Positions 1-6,860 of a stretch of 12,523 nucleotides of DNA are shown here, one piece after another. Position 1 is the stretch's first letter, and each line of letters opens with the position of its first letter. The notes below the pieces were generated by a model that was not told the DNA's origin, did no database searches, and saw nothing but the letters and a program-made list of their open reading frames with translations. The position numbers and the translations under genes are program-made. This stretch comes from Candidatus Heimdallarchaeota archaeon (GTDB lineage: Archaea; Asgardarchaeota; Heimdallarchaeia; JABLTI01): contig DAOUWQ010000009.1 of the NCBI GenBank assembly GCA_030667035.1, forward strand, positions 1 to 12,523, read 5' to 3'.

Positions 1-429
1 AAATGGAATAATGGCTCTTCCAAGTACTTCAGGAATTTTAATCAATGAATCATCCATTGAAATTAAACTGTAATTATATTTACCGAATTTTGTTGCTTTA
101 TGCAGGTAAATATAGAACACTGACAAAAATCTTACGAATAGTATAGATAAGAGTAAAAATAGAATAGGAAATGTCCAAAAAATGATTATTTCAACAATAA
201 AATTTCCTGGAAACCATGGAAGAGCACCAGTTTTAGCTCCACCATCATTTCTAATATATAATTCATTAAACGCAAAGGCGAAAGCGAGATTTAATACGAA
301 TGAAAAGGCTAAAAGTACAATACCCAATATCGTTGTTCTTTTTCGAGGATTTTTTCTCACTATTTCAGGTATTCCAGGTAAATCAGGCATATCTTCAGCG
401 AAATCAGTTTCAGTCGTTTCTTGAGACAT
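1..429 (-). CDS. Hypothetical membrane protein, N-terminal part (gene runs off the left edge of the window)
   Basis: Absent from the ORF track because there is no stop inside the window. My reverse-strand translation from ATG (429-427) stays open to base 1, 143 codons: MSQETTETDFAEDMPDLPGIPEIVRKNPRKRTTILGIVLLAFSFVLNLAFAFAFNELYIRNDGGAKTGALPWFPGNFIVEIIIFWTFPILFLLLSILFVRFLSVFYIYLHKATKFGKYNYSLISMDDSLIKIPEVLGRAIIPF. It has an acidic N-terminus, a basic patch, then two clear hydrophobic helices. A TATA-like 'attattttaaa' (reverse strand, 458-468) lies about 34 nt upstream. No family recognised. Confidence 0.55.
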   Translation of the reverse strand, partial: MSQETTETDFAEDMPDLPGIPEIVRKNPRKRTTILGIVLLAFSFVLNLAFAFAFNELYIRNDGGAKTGALPWFPGNFIVEIIIFWTFPILFLLLSILFVRFLSVFYIYLHKATKFGKYNYSLISMDDSLIKIPEVLGRAIIPF

Positions 430-510
430 AATAATCAATTTAAGTTGATTTCATTGGTTTAAAATAATAACGTAATTGGTATTTTTGAGCAAATACCCTC
501 TTCATCTTGC

Positions 511-524
511 AAAAAATTATAATG
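511..524 (+). promoter_or_regulatory. TATA-like box candidate for the top6B-top6A operon, in the 430-571 divergent intergenic region
   Basis: 'aaaaaattataatg' sits about 50 nt upstream of the TTG at 572. A GAGTGAT motif (560-566), resembling the archaeal Shine-Dalgarno GAGGTGAT, lies 5 nt before the TTG. Sequence pattern only. Confidence 0.3.
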
Positions 525-571
525 GTAAAAGAATGATAGAACATTAGAGCGCATTAATTGAGTGATAGCAA

Positions 572-2104
572 TTGAGTAAAGTGGAATTTAAACAACTTAG
601 TCCTGCGGATTTCTTCTATCGCAACAGGGAATTAGCTGGTTTTGACACGCCGATAAAAAGTCTCTATACAGCCTTCAGAGAAATAATGGAAAATTCTTTG
701 GATGGTGCAGAAATCGGTGGTATTAATCCAGATATATTTATTGCAATTAAGAAACGATCTGAGGATGTTTATACGATATTTATTTCTGATAATGGGATTG
801 GCATTCCGGGTAAAAAAGTACCAAATGCTCTTGCTAAGCTTCTTTTTGGCGGTAAATATGTTGAACGGCAATCTCGCGGACACTTTGGTCTCGGTGCTTC
901 AATGACTGTTCTTTATTCTCAAATTACAACAAATTTACCAACTCGAGTATTAAGTTGTACGAGAGGGAGCAATGAAATTGATGAATATCATTTAATGATC
1001 AATATCCAGCGTAATGAACCGATCATAAGATATCATGCAAAATTACCCAACAAGAAAAAATGGCATGGCGTAACTGTTGAAGTGAATATTGAAGGAGATT
1101 ATGGTCGAGCACATCCGAAAATCTTAGAGTACATAAAATCAACTGCAATGGTAGCACCTTATGCAAACATAACATTCATTGATGCCTATGGCACTCTCTA
1201 TAAATTTAACAAAGTGATCGACGAAGTTCCAAGACTAGGTGAACCAGTATTACCCCATCCAAGAGGTATAGATACAGAAAAAATGCTTCGGTTATTGAGA
1301 GTTGCAAGGCAAAGAACAATGAATAAATTCCTTCAAAATAATTTTCAGCGAATAGGAGAAATAACAGCAAAAAATTTCCTTAAATATGTTAATATTAAAT
1401 TAGATAAAGACCCTCAAAAACTAGAGCACGATGAAATTATCCGAATAGTACAAGGAATGAATTCCTTTGAAGATTTTCTTAGCCCAGAAACAAAATGCCT
1501 TTCTCCAATTGGAGAAAATGTACTCACTAAAGGCATAATAAAAGAATTAGAACCTGAATTTGTTACTGCGATTACAAGAAGACCTCAAGCATATTCGGGA
1601 CATCCTTTCGTCATTGAAATAGCTTTTGCTTATGGGGGTAAAATAATTGAGCGAAGCTCTGAACCAAACCTATACCGATTCGCTAATAGAATACCACTTC
1701 TTTATGATCAATATGCAGATGTTGCTGCTAAAGTAATTCGAACATTCAATTGGCGAATGTATAAAGTTCCAGATAATGCTCAATTAGCAATCATAACTCA
1801 TGTTGCTTCAACCAAAGTTCCTTACAGAACTGCAGGGAAAGAATCTATCTCTGACCGAGAGGAAATAGAACGTGAAGTGAGATTAGCTATGCAAGTTTGT
1901 GCGAGAAAGCTTCGAGTGTATCTCTCAAGAATTGATCGAGAACAAAGACAAGCATTACGAACAAGTATTTTTGTGAAATACTTACCTTTCATTGCTCAAT
2001 TCGCTACTAGACTTAGTGGAAAGAAGACTGTCCCCTCAACTGAATTCCTTGGTGGAGAAGAAGCAAAAAGTGATGATCAGAATATCAATCCAGGTGTGAA
2101 ATGA
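572..2104 (+). CDS. top6B: DNA topoisomerase VI subunit B (GHKL/Bergerat-fold ATPase)
   Basis: The N-terminus 'LSPADFFYRNRELAGF' is typical of Top6B. Bergerat ATPase motifs are present: N-box 'EIMENSLDG', G1 'ISDNGIGIPG', G2 'GHFGLGAS'. The length of about 510 aa fits, and it is followed 1 nt later by top6A. The start as read is TTG (572), with GTG at 581 as an alternative. In-frame TGA and TAG at 563-568 exclude a longer ORF. Confidence 0.93.
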   Translation: MSKVEFKQLSPADFFYRNRELAGFDTPIKSLYTAFREIMENSLDGAEIGGINPDIFIAIKKRSEDVYTIFISDNGIGIPGKKVPNALAKLLFGGKYVERQSRGHFGLGASMTVLYSQITTNLPTRVLSCTRGSNEIDEYHLMINIQRNEPIIRYHAKLPNKKKWHGVTVEVNIEGDYGRAHPKILEYIKSTAMVAPYANITFIDAYGTLYKFNKVIDEVPRLGEPVLPHPRGIDTEKMLRLLRVARQRTMNKFLQNNFQRIGEITAKNFLKYVNIKLDKDPQKLEHDEIIRIVQGMNSFEDFLSPETKCLSPIGENVLTKGIIKELEPEFVTAITRRPQAYSGHPFVIEIAFAYGGKIIERSSEPNLYRFANRIPLLYDQYADVAAKVIRTFNWRMYKVPDNAQLAIITHVASTKVPYRTAGKESISDREEIEREVRLAMQVCARKLRVYLSRIDREQRQALRTSIFVKYLPFIAQFATRLSGKKTVPSTEFLGGEEAKSDDQNINPGVK

Positions 2105-2105
2105 A

Positions 2106-3230
2106 ATGTCAAAACCAAAACCAGAAAATCATGCGGATAAGATTAAGAAAAAATCATTTGATAAATTAGTTGCACTTGGAAATAAAATATACAAACAACT
2201 CCAAGATGAAAAATATCCTGAATTTGATATGCCATTACGAACGAGTTCTAACATCTTTTATGACGAGAAAACAAGACAATATTCACTCGGGAAAAAGAAA
2301 ATCAAAAGATCTTCAAGAAATGTTAGACATCTAAAACCATTTTTGCAAACAATGTTCGTTTCAATGTTCGCTGCTCGAGATCTTTTAGAACCTGGCAGAA
2401 CGAGTACATTGAGAGATTTGTATTATTCTTCAGAATCAGCCATGGCTAAAATGTTCAAAAACCAATCTGAATCTGATAACATTATTACCGATGTAGAATC
2501 AATAATTGGAATGGCTCGAGAGGATTTCAATATTTTTCCAGATGCTCGGAGCACTATTTATGGCGATCTTACAATTTCCTTCAAAGATAAGAAGACTGGT
2601 AATAAACGCGAAATAAATCTCACATTTAACCCAGATGGACAAACAATAGGACCTACAATGGTTCGAAGCGATTTTGTAAAAACATCAGCAAAAAAAGTAA
2701 TCTGTGTTGAATCAGGTGGTATGTTTCAAAGATTAATAGAGGAAGATGCAGATGAGCAATTTGACGCTATTCTTGTTCACCTTGCAGGGCAAGCTCCTCG
2801 AGGAACTAGAAGAATAATTAGAAGATTAAATGAAGAAATGGGATTACCTGTTTATGCGTTTGTAGACGGAGATCCATGGGGAATTCATATTTACAACGTC
2901 ATTGCGGCTGGTAGCGCAAGTGCAGCTCACCTTTCTGGTTTAACCACTCCGGATGCTGTTTGGATGGGATTAACGGCCTCAGATATAATCAATTACGATC
3001 TTCAAACAGATCAATTTTCAAAAGGAGATACAACACGCACTGTCCAATTACTTCGCGACCCACGTTATCAAAAACCATATCTTCAAGAAGAACTGAAGAA
3101 ATTCCTCAAACTCAAACGAAAAGCAGAGCAGCAATCACTCACTTCCAAAAGTCTTACTTTTGTTGTTGATGAATATTTACCCGCAAAGTTCAAAGAAATT
3201 GATAAATTACAGAAAGCAGGAAAAATCTAA
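2106..3230 (+). CDS. top6A: DNA topoisomerase VI subunit A (Spo11-type catalytic subunit)
   Basis: The 'TLRDLYYSS' motif (Y106/Y107) matches the catalytic-tyrosine region of Top6A/Spo11. Toprim signatures are 'VICVESGG' (acidic Glu) and 'FVDGDPWG' (DxD). The ATG at 2106 follows the top6B TGA (2102-2104) with a 1-nt gap (TGAAATG). GGTGTGA (2093-2099) is a Shine-Dalgarno-like motif 6 nt upstream. Confidence 0.95.
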   Translation: MSKPKPENHADKIKKKSFDKLVALGNKIYKQLQDEKYPEFDMPLRTSSNIFYDEKTRQYSLGKKKIKRSSRNVRHLKPFLQTMFVSMFAARDLLEPGRTSTLRDLYYSSESAMAKMFKNQSESDNIITDVESIIGMAREDFNIFPDARSTIYGDLTISFKDKKTGNKREINLTFNPDGQTIGPTMVRSDFVKTSAKKVICVESGGMFQRLIEEDADEQFDAILVHLAGQAPRGTRRIIRRLNEEMGLPVYAFVDGDPWGIHIYNVIAAGSASAAHLSGLTTPDAVWMGLTASDIINYDLQTDQFSKGDTTRTVQLLRDPRYQKPYLQEELKKFLKLKRKAEQQSLTSKSLTFVVDEYLPAKFKEIDKLQKAGKI

Positions 3231-3250
3231 TTTTTTTCTCCTTTTTTTTC
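3231..3250 (+). terminator. Oligo-T tract immediately after top6A (archaeal-type termination signal)
   Basis: 'tttttttctcctttttttt' gives T7 at 3231-3237 and T8 at 3242-3249, directly after the TAA stop. Archaeal RNA polymerase is known to terminate on oligo-T runs. Confidence 0.5.
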
Positions 3251-3269
3251 TTTCTAAATTTTTGATACA

Positions 3270-3404
3270 ATGAAAGAAGCAAATGGTTACGGCACAAGAA
3301 TTCATTTTAATGAGTCAGCTCAAGTAATGGGAGTTTATACTGGTCCTAAAACGATTTGTATAAGTTATGTAGGAAACTGGGATAAGAAGTGGATCATCAC
3401 ATAA
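3270..3404 (+). CDS. Candidate small ORF (44 aa), unannotated and below the ORF-track cutoff
   Basis: ATG at 3270 to TAA at 3402-3404: MKEANGYGTRIHFNESAQVMGVYTGPKTICISYVGNWDKKWIIT. The composition is balanced (G/Y/W/K) and not low-complexity, and the segment is visibly less AT-rich than the other intergenic regions. It has no convincing Shine-Dalgarno or TATA signal, and an open frame this short could occur by chance in AT-rich DNA. Confidence 0.25.
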   Translation: MKEANGYGTRIHFNESAQVMGVYTGPKTICISYVGNWDKKWIIT

Positions 3405-3440
3405 TCTTCTCAAATTAATTGCATTAGGTTTGAGTAATAG

Positions 3441-3477
3441 AAAAAAAAGTTTTTTGGAGCTCTGCTCCAGTTTTTTT
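3441..3477. terminator. Bidirectional hairpin terminator candidate between convergent transcription units
   Basis: The layout is A8 (3441-3448), then the stem TGGAGC (3455-3460), loop TCT, stem GCTCCA (3464-3469), then T7 (3471-3477). On the + strand the hairpin is followed by T7. On the - strand it lies just after the plsY-like stop (3478-3480) and is followed by a U-run transcribed from the A8 tract. Confidence 0.45.
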
Positions 3478-4179
3478 CTATCCCATTTCTGTCTCTCTTC
3501 CTACAGGGATTTTTTTGTGTACACTCTCTAATAGCCTTACTAATAATGCAATATCTAGCGACAAAACAATTAGCCCCTGTGTTAGATGTAGAAAACCATT
3601 TGCACCTATTACCCAATCCATTAGAATATTGCTCCAAGGTGGACTAATGGGTAGAAAGAGTGCAACAGGTACACATAGTAAAACAACAATAGTTCCTATA
3701 TATCTAACTGGCATTTTGAAAGCTAAGGTTAGAAGCATAAAAAATAGACTATAAGCTATCATAACTAAGGGGTTGAAATAGAGTAATGTCCCTACAAAAA
3801 CACCTAATCCTTGTCCTCCATTAAATTTTAACCAGATAGGATAATTATGACCAATAACACATAAACCAGGACCAAGTATACACATGAAGGTATGGTAGAT
3901 GTTTGATCCATCTAAAGCAATAAAATGTTTCAAGGAAAAAATATGGTCAATAAGTGCAATTGCTAGAGTTCCTTTGAAACAATCAAGAAGCAAAACAATA
4001 TAACCAAATGTTATCCCAAACGTTCTTACTGCATTCATCGCTCCGGGGTTTCCGGTATGGTAATCTCTTAAATCCTTTCCTTTTACTAGTTGCCCTAACC
4101 AAACTGAGGTAGGTATTGAACCAAGTAAATAGGACCCAATACTGGCTAATATAATCCATAATATATCAATAGCTGCCAT
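3478..4179 (-). CDS. plsY: PlsY-family membrane protein (acyl-phosphate:glycerol-3-phosphate acyltransferase homologue), divergent motifs
   Basis: A polytopic membrane protein carrying the three PlsY motifs in order. Motif 1 is 'YLLGSIP...DLRDYHTGNPGAMNAVRTFG' (compare GSGNxGATNxxR). Motif 2 is 'LLDCFKG' (DxxKG). Motif 3 is 'IGHNYPIWLKFNGGQGLG' (compare GHxxPxxxxFxGGKG). I place the start at ATG 4179-4177 (MAAIDILW...). The track's 4188 start is a TTG three codons upstream. Confidence 0.8.
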   Translation of the reverse strand: MAAIDILWIILASIGSYLLGSIPTSVWLGQLVKGKDLRDYHTGNPGAMNAVRTFGITFGYIVLLLDCFKGTLAIALIDHIFSLKHFIALDGSNIYHTFMCILGPGLCVIGHNYPIWLKFNGGQGLGVFVGTLLYFNPLVMIAYSLFFMLLTLAFKMPVRYIGTIVVLLCVPVALFLPISPPWSNILMDWVIGANGFLHLTQGLIVLSLDIALLVRLLESVHKKIPVGRETEMG

Positions 4180-4345
4180 TTCTGTCAAATCGTTGGAAAT
4201 AGTTGATAATTAACTCAAATATAGCCAGAGGTTATTTTTAAATATTGATTATAATTACAATTTTTGAGAAATCGATACGAATGATATTTTTTGTACTTTG
4301 GTGACTTATATATTTGAAAACCAAGAAATTGATTGACTAGTAGAG

Positions 4346-4353
4346 TATATAAA
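4346..4353 (+). promoter_or_regulatory. TATA-box candidate for the response-regulator gene
   Basis: 'tatataaa' is centred about 39 nt upstream of the GTG at 4389, consistent with an archaeal TATA about 25-27 nt upstream of a transcription start and a short leader. The 4189-4388 region is a 200-nt divergent intergenic region shared with the plsY-like gene. Confidence 0.3.
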
Positions 4354-4388
4354 GACCTTTTCACAGATATTTATGCAATCAAAATGAG

Positions 4389-6836
4389 GTGGAAATCATA
4401 CGCACCAGAATCAATGTACTTCACCTTGAAGATAATAAAAATGATGCTGAATTAATAAAAACAATACTCACATCAGGGCACATTGTTTTTACCATATTTC
4501 TGGTAGATAATCGTGAAGATTTTCTTAAAATATTGAAAGAAAAAAATATTGATTTAATTATAGCTGATTACAGTCTTCCTTCATTCGATGGACTTACTGC
4601 TCTAAATTTAGTACGAGAACTAAAAATGAAGATTCCTTTTATTTTTGTCTCTGGTGTTTTGAAAGAGGAAATAGCAATTGAGGCTTTACATCATGGTGCA
4701 ACAGATTATATTATAAAATCTAAATTAGAAAGGTTAGTTCCATCAGTTAATAGAGTAATTCAAGAAATCAATGAAAGAGAGCAAAGTAAGAAAATGCAAG
4801 AAGAAATTACTCAACAAGAAGTAATGTATCAAAAAATAGCTGAGCGTGTTCGTGGTTTTTTGAGGATGAATCTTCCCTCAGGAAATTTTACTTTGGTTGA
4901 TAAATACTTTGCTGAGTTAAGTGGTTATTCGATGAATGAATGGCATCAAACACCAAATTTTCTTCAAAAAATTATCCATCACGATTTTCTTGACTATTAT
5001 AATGAAAACTTCAAGAAAATGCAGCAAGGATTTGTGCCGAAAGTAATGGAGTATAAAATAATCCGTAAAGATGACAAAGAACGTTGGTGGATACAATTCA
5101 ATCTTGGTGCATATGATATTGACCAAAAATTATTATCAATATCAATGGTTATTATTGATAATACTGAAATCAAGGAATCGCAATTAAAATATCAACACAT
5201 ATTTGAAAACGCTATAGTTGGAATCTTTAGAACGGATGTTAAAACTGGTGAAATAATTGAAGCTAATGATACAATGGCACAAATTTTCGGTTATACATCA
5301 ATTGATGAATTTAAAAAATATTCAGCTATAACTTTATACAGAAATGAAGAACAAAGAAAACCATTTCTTAAAATTATCAAAAATGAAGGTTATGTTTTAG
5401 GTTACAAGATGCAAGCAAAAAAGAAAAACGGAGAACAAATATGGATTAGTTTATCAGGTAGATTATATCCTAGAGAAGGTTATATAGAAGGTTTTTTGAT
5501 AGATATTTCTGAACAGAAAAAAGCTGAAGATATGCTTGAAAGAGATAGAAGAGCATATCAAATTATTTCTGAAGCAGCATTACAAGCAAAAGATATACCT
5601 GACTTGTGTAATCAAGTTTTAGTTGGACTTATTGAAACGCTTTCTTTTGATTTTGGTATAGTTCATTTGTATAATGTGAATGAGAAATTACTTAGAGCGG
5701 TCATAACTTATGGTGTTGCTAAGAAAGACATTGCACAAATAGTAGAAATTGCTTTAGATGATACAGAATGTTATATTGCAACAGCTGCAAGAACTAAAAA
5801 AGCGATTTTTACTCCAGATATAAGTAAAAGTAAAAGAAAAACATTTCTTCAAAAGAAAGTAGCACTTTACTTCCCTGAAACACAAAGCTTTGTATCATGG
5901 CCTATTCTAAATGCTGAAGGAAATTTGCTTGGTACGGTACAAATTTTATCAAAGAAACCTAAAGAACTACAAGAAGAAGATAGAATTTTCTTTGATACAC
6001 TTTTAAAATTCTTCGCTACTGCCCTTGAAAGAAAGTTTGGAGAAAAAGCTTTGCAAGTGAGTGAAGAGAAGTATCGAAATTTATTTCATGCAACACCTAT
6101 AGGGATCATAACTTGTGACAAAAAAGGAATCATTCAATCTGTAAATAAAATAGCACTTCACATTCTTGGCTCACCCTCTGAAGAAGCTACCAAAGAGATC
6201 AATCTGTTAACTTTTCCATTATTAGTCAAATACGGAATTTCCAAAGATCTCAAAACATGTTTGAAAACTGGCGATCTGATTCAGAACGAAAGAGTATATA
6301 GTACAAAATGGGGTAAGGAAATAATTCTCCTTTACAAAATATTTCCATTGAAAAACCAAAGAGGGAAAATCACAGGAGCAATGTCGACTTTTGAAGACAT
6401 ATCAGAAAGAAAGAAAAATGAAAAATTAATACAAGAGAGTGAGAGAAGTTATAGATTGCTCGCAGAAAACATTACTGATGTTATTTTTACACTAAATCTA
6501 AACTGGGAGATTACATATGCTAATCCTGCAATTGAAGATTTAATTGGATTCAATAATAAAGAGATTTTAGTAAAAACTCTAGATGAACTACTTAAACCTC
6601 AATCATTAGAAATAGCTCTTAAAACACTCTCAGAAGAGCTGGAAATTGAAGAAATAGAGGGCAGCGGACCAAACAGATCAAGAATAATAGAACTTGAGTT
6701 TAATTGCAAAGACGGATCTACTGTTTTAGTGGAAGCAAAAGTCACTTTTCAACGTGATAGTGATGACGAGCCAATCGGCATTCTGGGTGTTCTCCGAGAT
6801 ATCTCTAAAAGAAAAAAAATGAAAAATAAAAATTAA
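4389..6836 (+). CDS. Response regulator with REC-PAS-PAS-GAF-PAS-PAS architecture and no recognisable output domain
   Basis: The REC domain (aa ~8-122) has an intact acidic pocket E14-D15, phosphoacceptor D60 ('LIIADYSLP', GAT at 4566-4568), S88 and K110. A coiled-coil linker follows. PAS-like modules span aa ~145-262, ~266-381 ('IFENAIVGIFRTD...EQKKAE'), ~558-676 and ~684-808 ('LLAENITDVIF...VLRDISKRKK'). A GAF-like module spans aa ~390-548. No HisKA/HATPase, HTH or cyclase motif is seen. The start as read is GTG (4389). It overlaps a GAGGTG motif, so the exact start is uncertain. Confidence 0.85.
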   Translation: MEIIRTRINVLHLEDNKNDAELIKTILTSGHIVFTIFLVDNREDFLKILKEKNIDLIIADYSLPSFDGLTALNLVRELKMKIPFIFVSGVLKEEIAIEALHHGATDYIIKSKLERLVPSVNRVIQEINEREQSKKMQEEITQQEVMYQKIAERVRGFLRMNLPSGNFTLVDKYFAELSGYSMNEWHQTPNFLQKIIHHDFLDYYNENFKKMQQGFVPKVMEYKIIRKDDKERWWIQFNLGAYDIDQKLLSISMVIIDNTEIKESQLKYQHIFENAIVGIFRTDVKTGEIIEANDTMAQIFGYTSIDEFKKYSAITLYRNEEQRKPFLKIIKNEGYVLGYKMQAKKKNGEQIWISLSGRLYPREGYIEGFLIDISEQKKAEDMLERDRRAYQIISEAALQAKDIPDLCNQVLVGLIETLSFDFGIVHLYNVNEKLLRAVITYGVAKKDIAQIVEIALDDTECYIATAARTKKAIFTPDISKSKRKTFLQKKVALYFPETQSFVSWPILNAEGNLLGTVQILSKKPKELQEEDRIFFDTLLKFFATALERKFGEKALQVSEEKYRNLFHATPIGIITCDKKGIIQSVNKIALHILGSPSEEATKEINLLTFPLLVKYGISKDLKTCLKTGDLIQNERVYSTKWGKEIILLYKIFPLKNQRGKITGAMSTFEDISERKKNEKLIQESERSYRLLAENITDVIFTLNLNWEITYANPAIEDLIGFNNKEILVKTLDELLKPQSLEIALKTLSEELEIEEIEGSGPNRSRIIELEFNCKDGSTVLVEAKVTFQRDSDDEPIGILGVLRDISKRKKMKNKN
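6807..6832 (-). terminator. Oligo-T tracts (reverse strand) downstream of the HEAT-repeat gene, embedded in the last codons of the convergent response-regulator gene
   Basis: Plus-strand A4, A8, A5 and A5 runs encode the KRKKMKNKN tail of the regulator. On the reverse strand they read TTTTT-A-TTTTT-C-TTTTTTTT-C-TTTT, beginning about 30 nt after the HEAT gene stop (6861-6863). Confidence 0.35.
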
Positions 6837-6860
6837 TCAACTTGTTTGCATTATTATTGT

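Noticed and set aside
182-424. 80-aa + strand ORF from the track
   Set aside because: It lies entirely antisense to a longer open reverse-strand frame (1-429) that encodes a plausible membrane protein. Its own translation is compositionally odd and has no recognisable features.
632-905. Track ORFs 632-883 (-) and 702-905 (+) inside top6B
   Set aside because: These are shadow ORFs fully nested in a confidently identified Top6B coding region. Their sequences are Ile/Phe/Asn/Lys-rich and low-complexity, as expected from alternative frames of AT-rich DNA.
3394-3400. GTGATGA (C-box-like) on the reverse strand; also at 9527-9533
   Set aside because: I looked for a C/D-box sRNA. In both places there is no properly spaced D' / C' / D (CTGA) set and no terminal stem. 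The nearest CTGA to the first site is about 80 nt away, with no internal boxes.
2960-3754. Track ORFs 2960-3169 (+), 3410-3637 (-) and 3515-3754 (+)
   Set aside because: They are nested in or overlap top6A and the plsY-like gene in other frames. They carry no motifs, and 3410-3637 would run across the terminator hairpin.
4917-5126. 69-aa reverse-strand ORF inside the response-regulator gene
   Set aside because: It is an antisense shadow within a PAS domain coding region, with no independent support.
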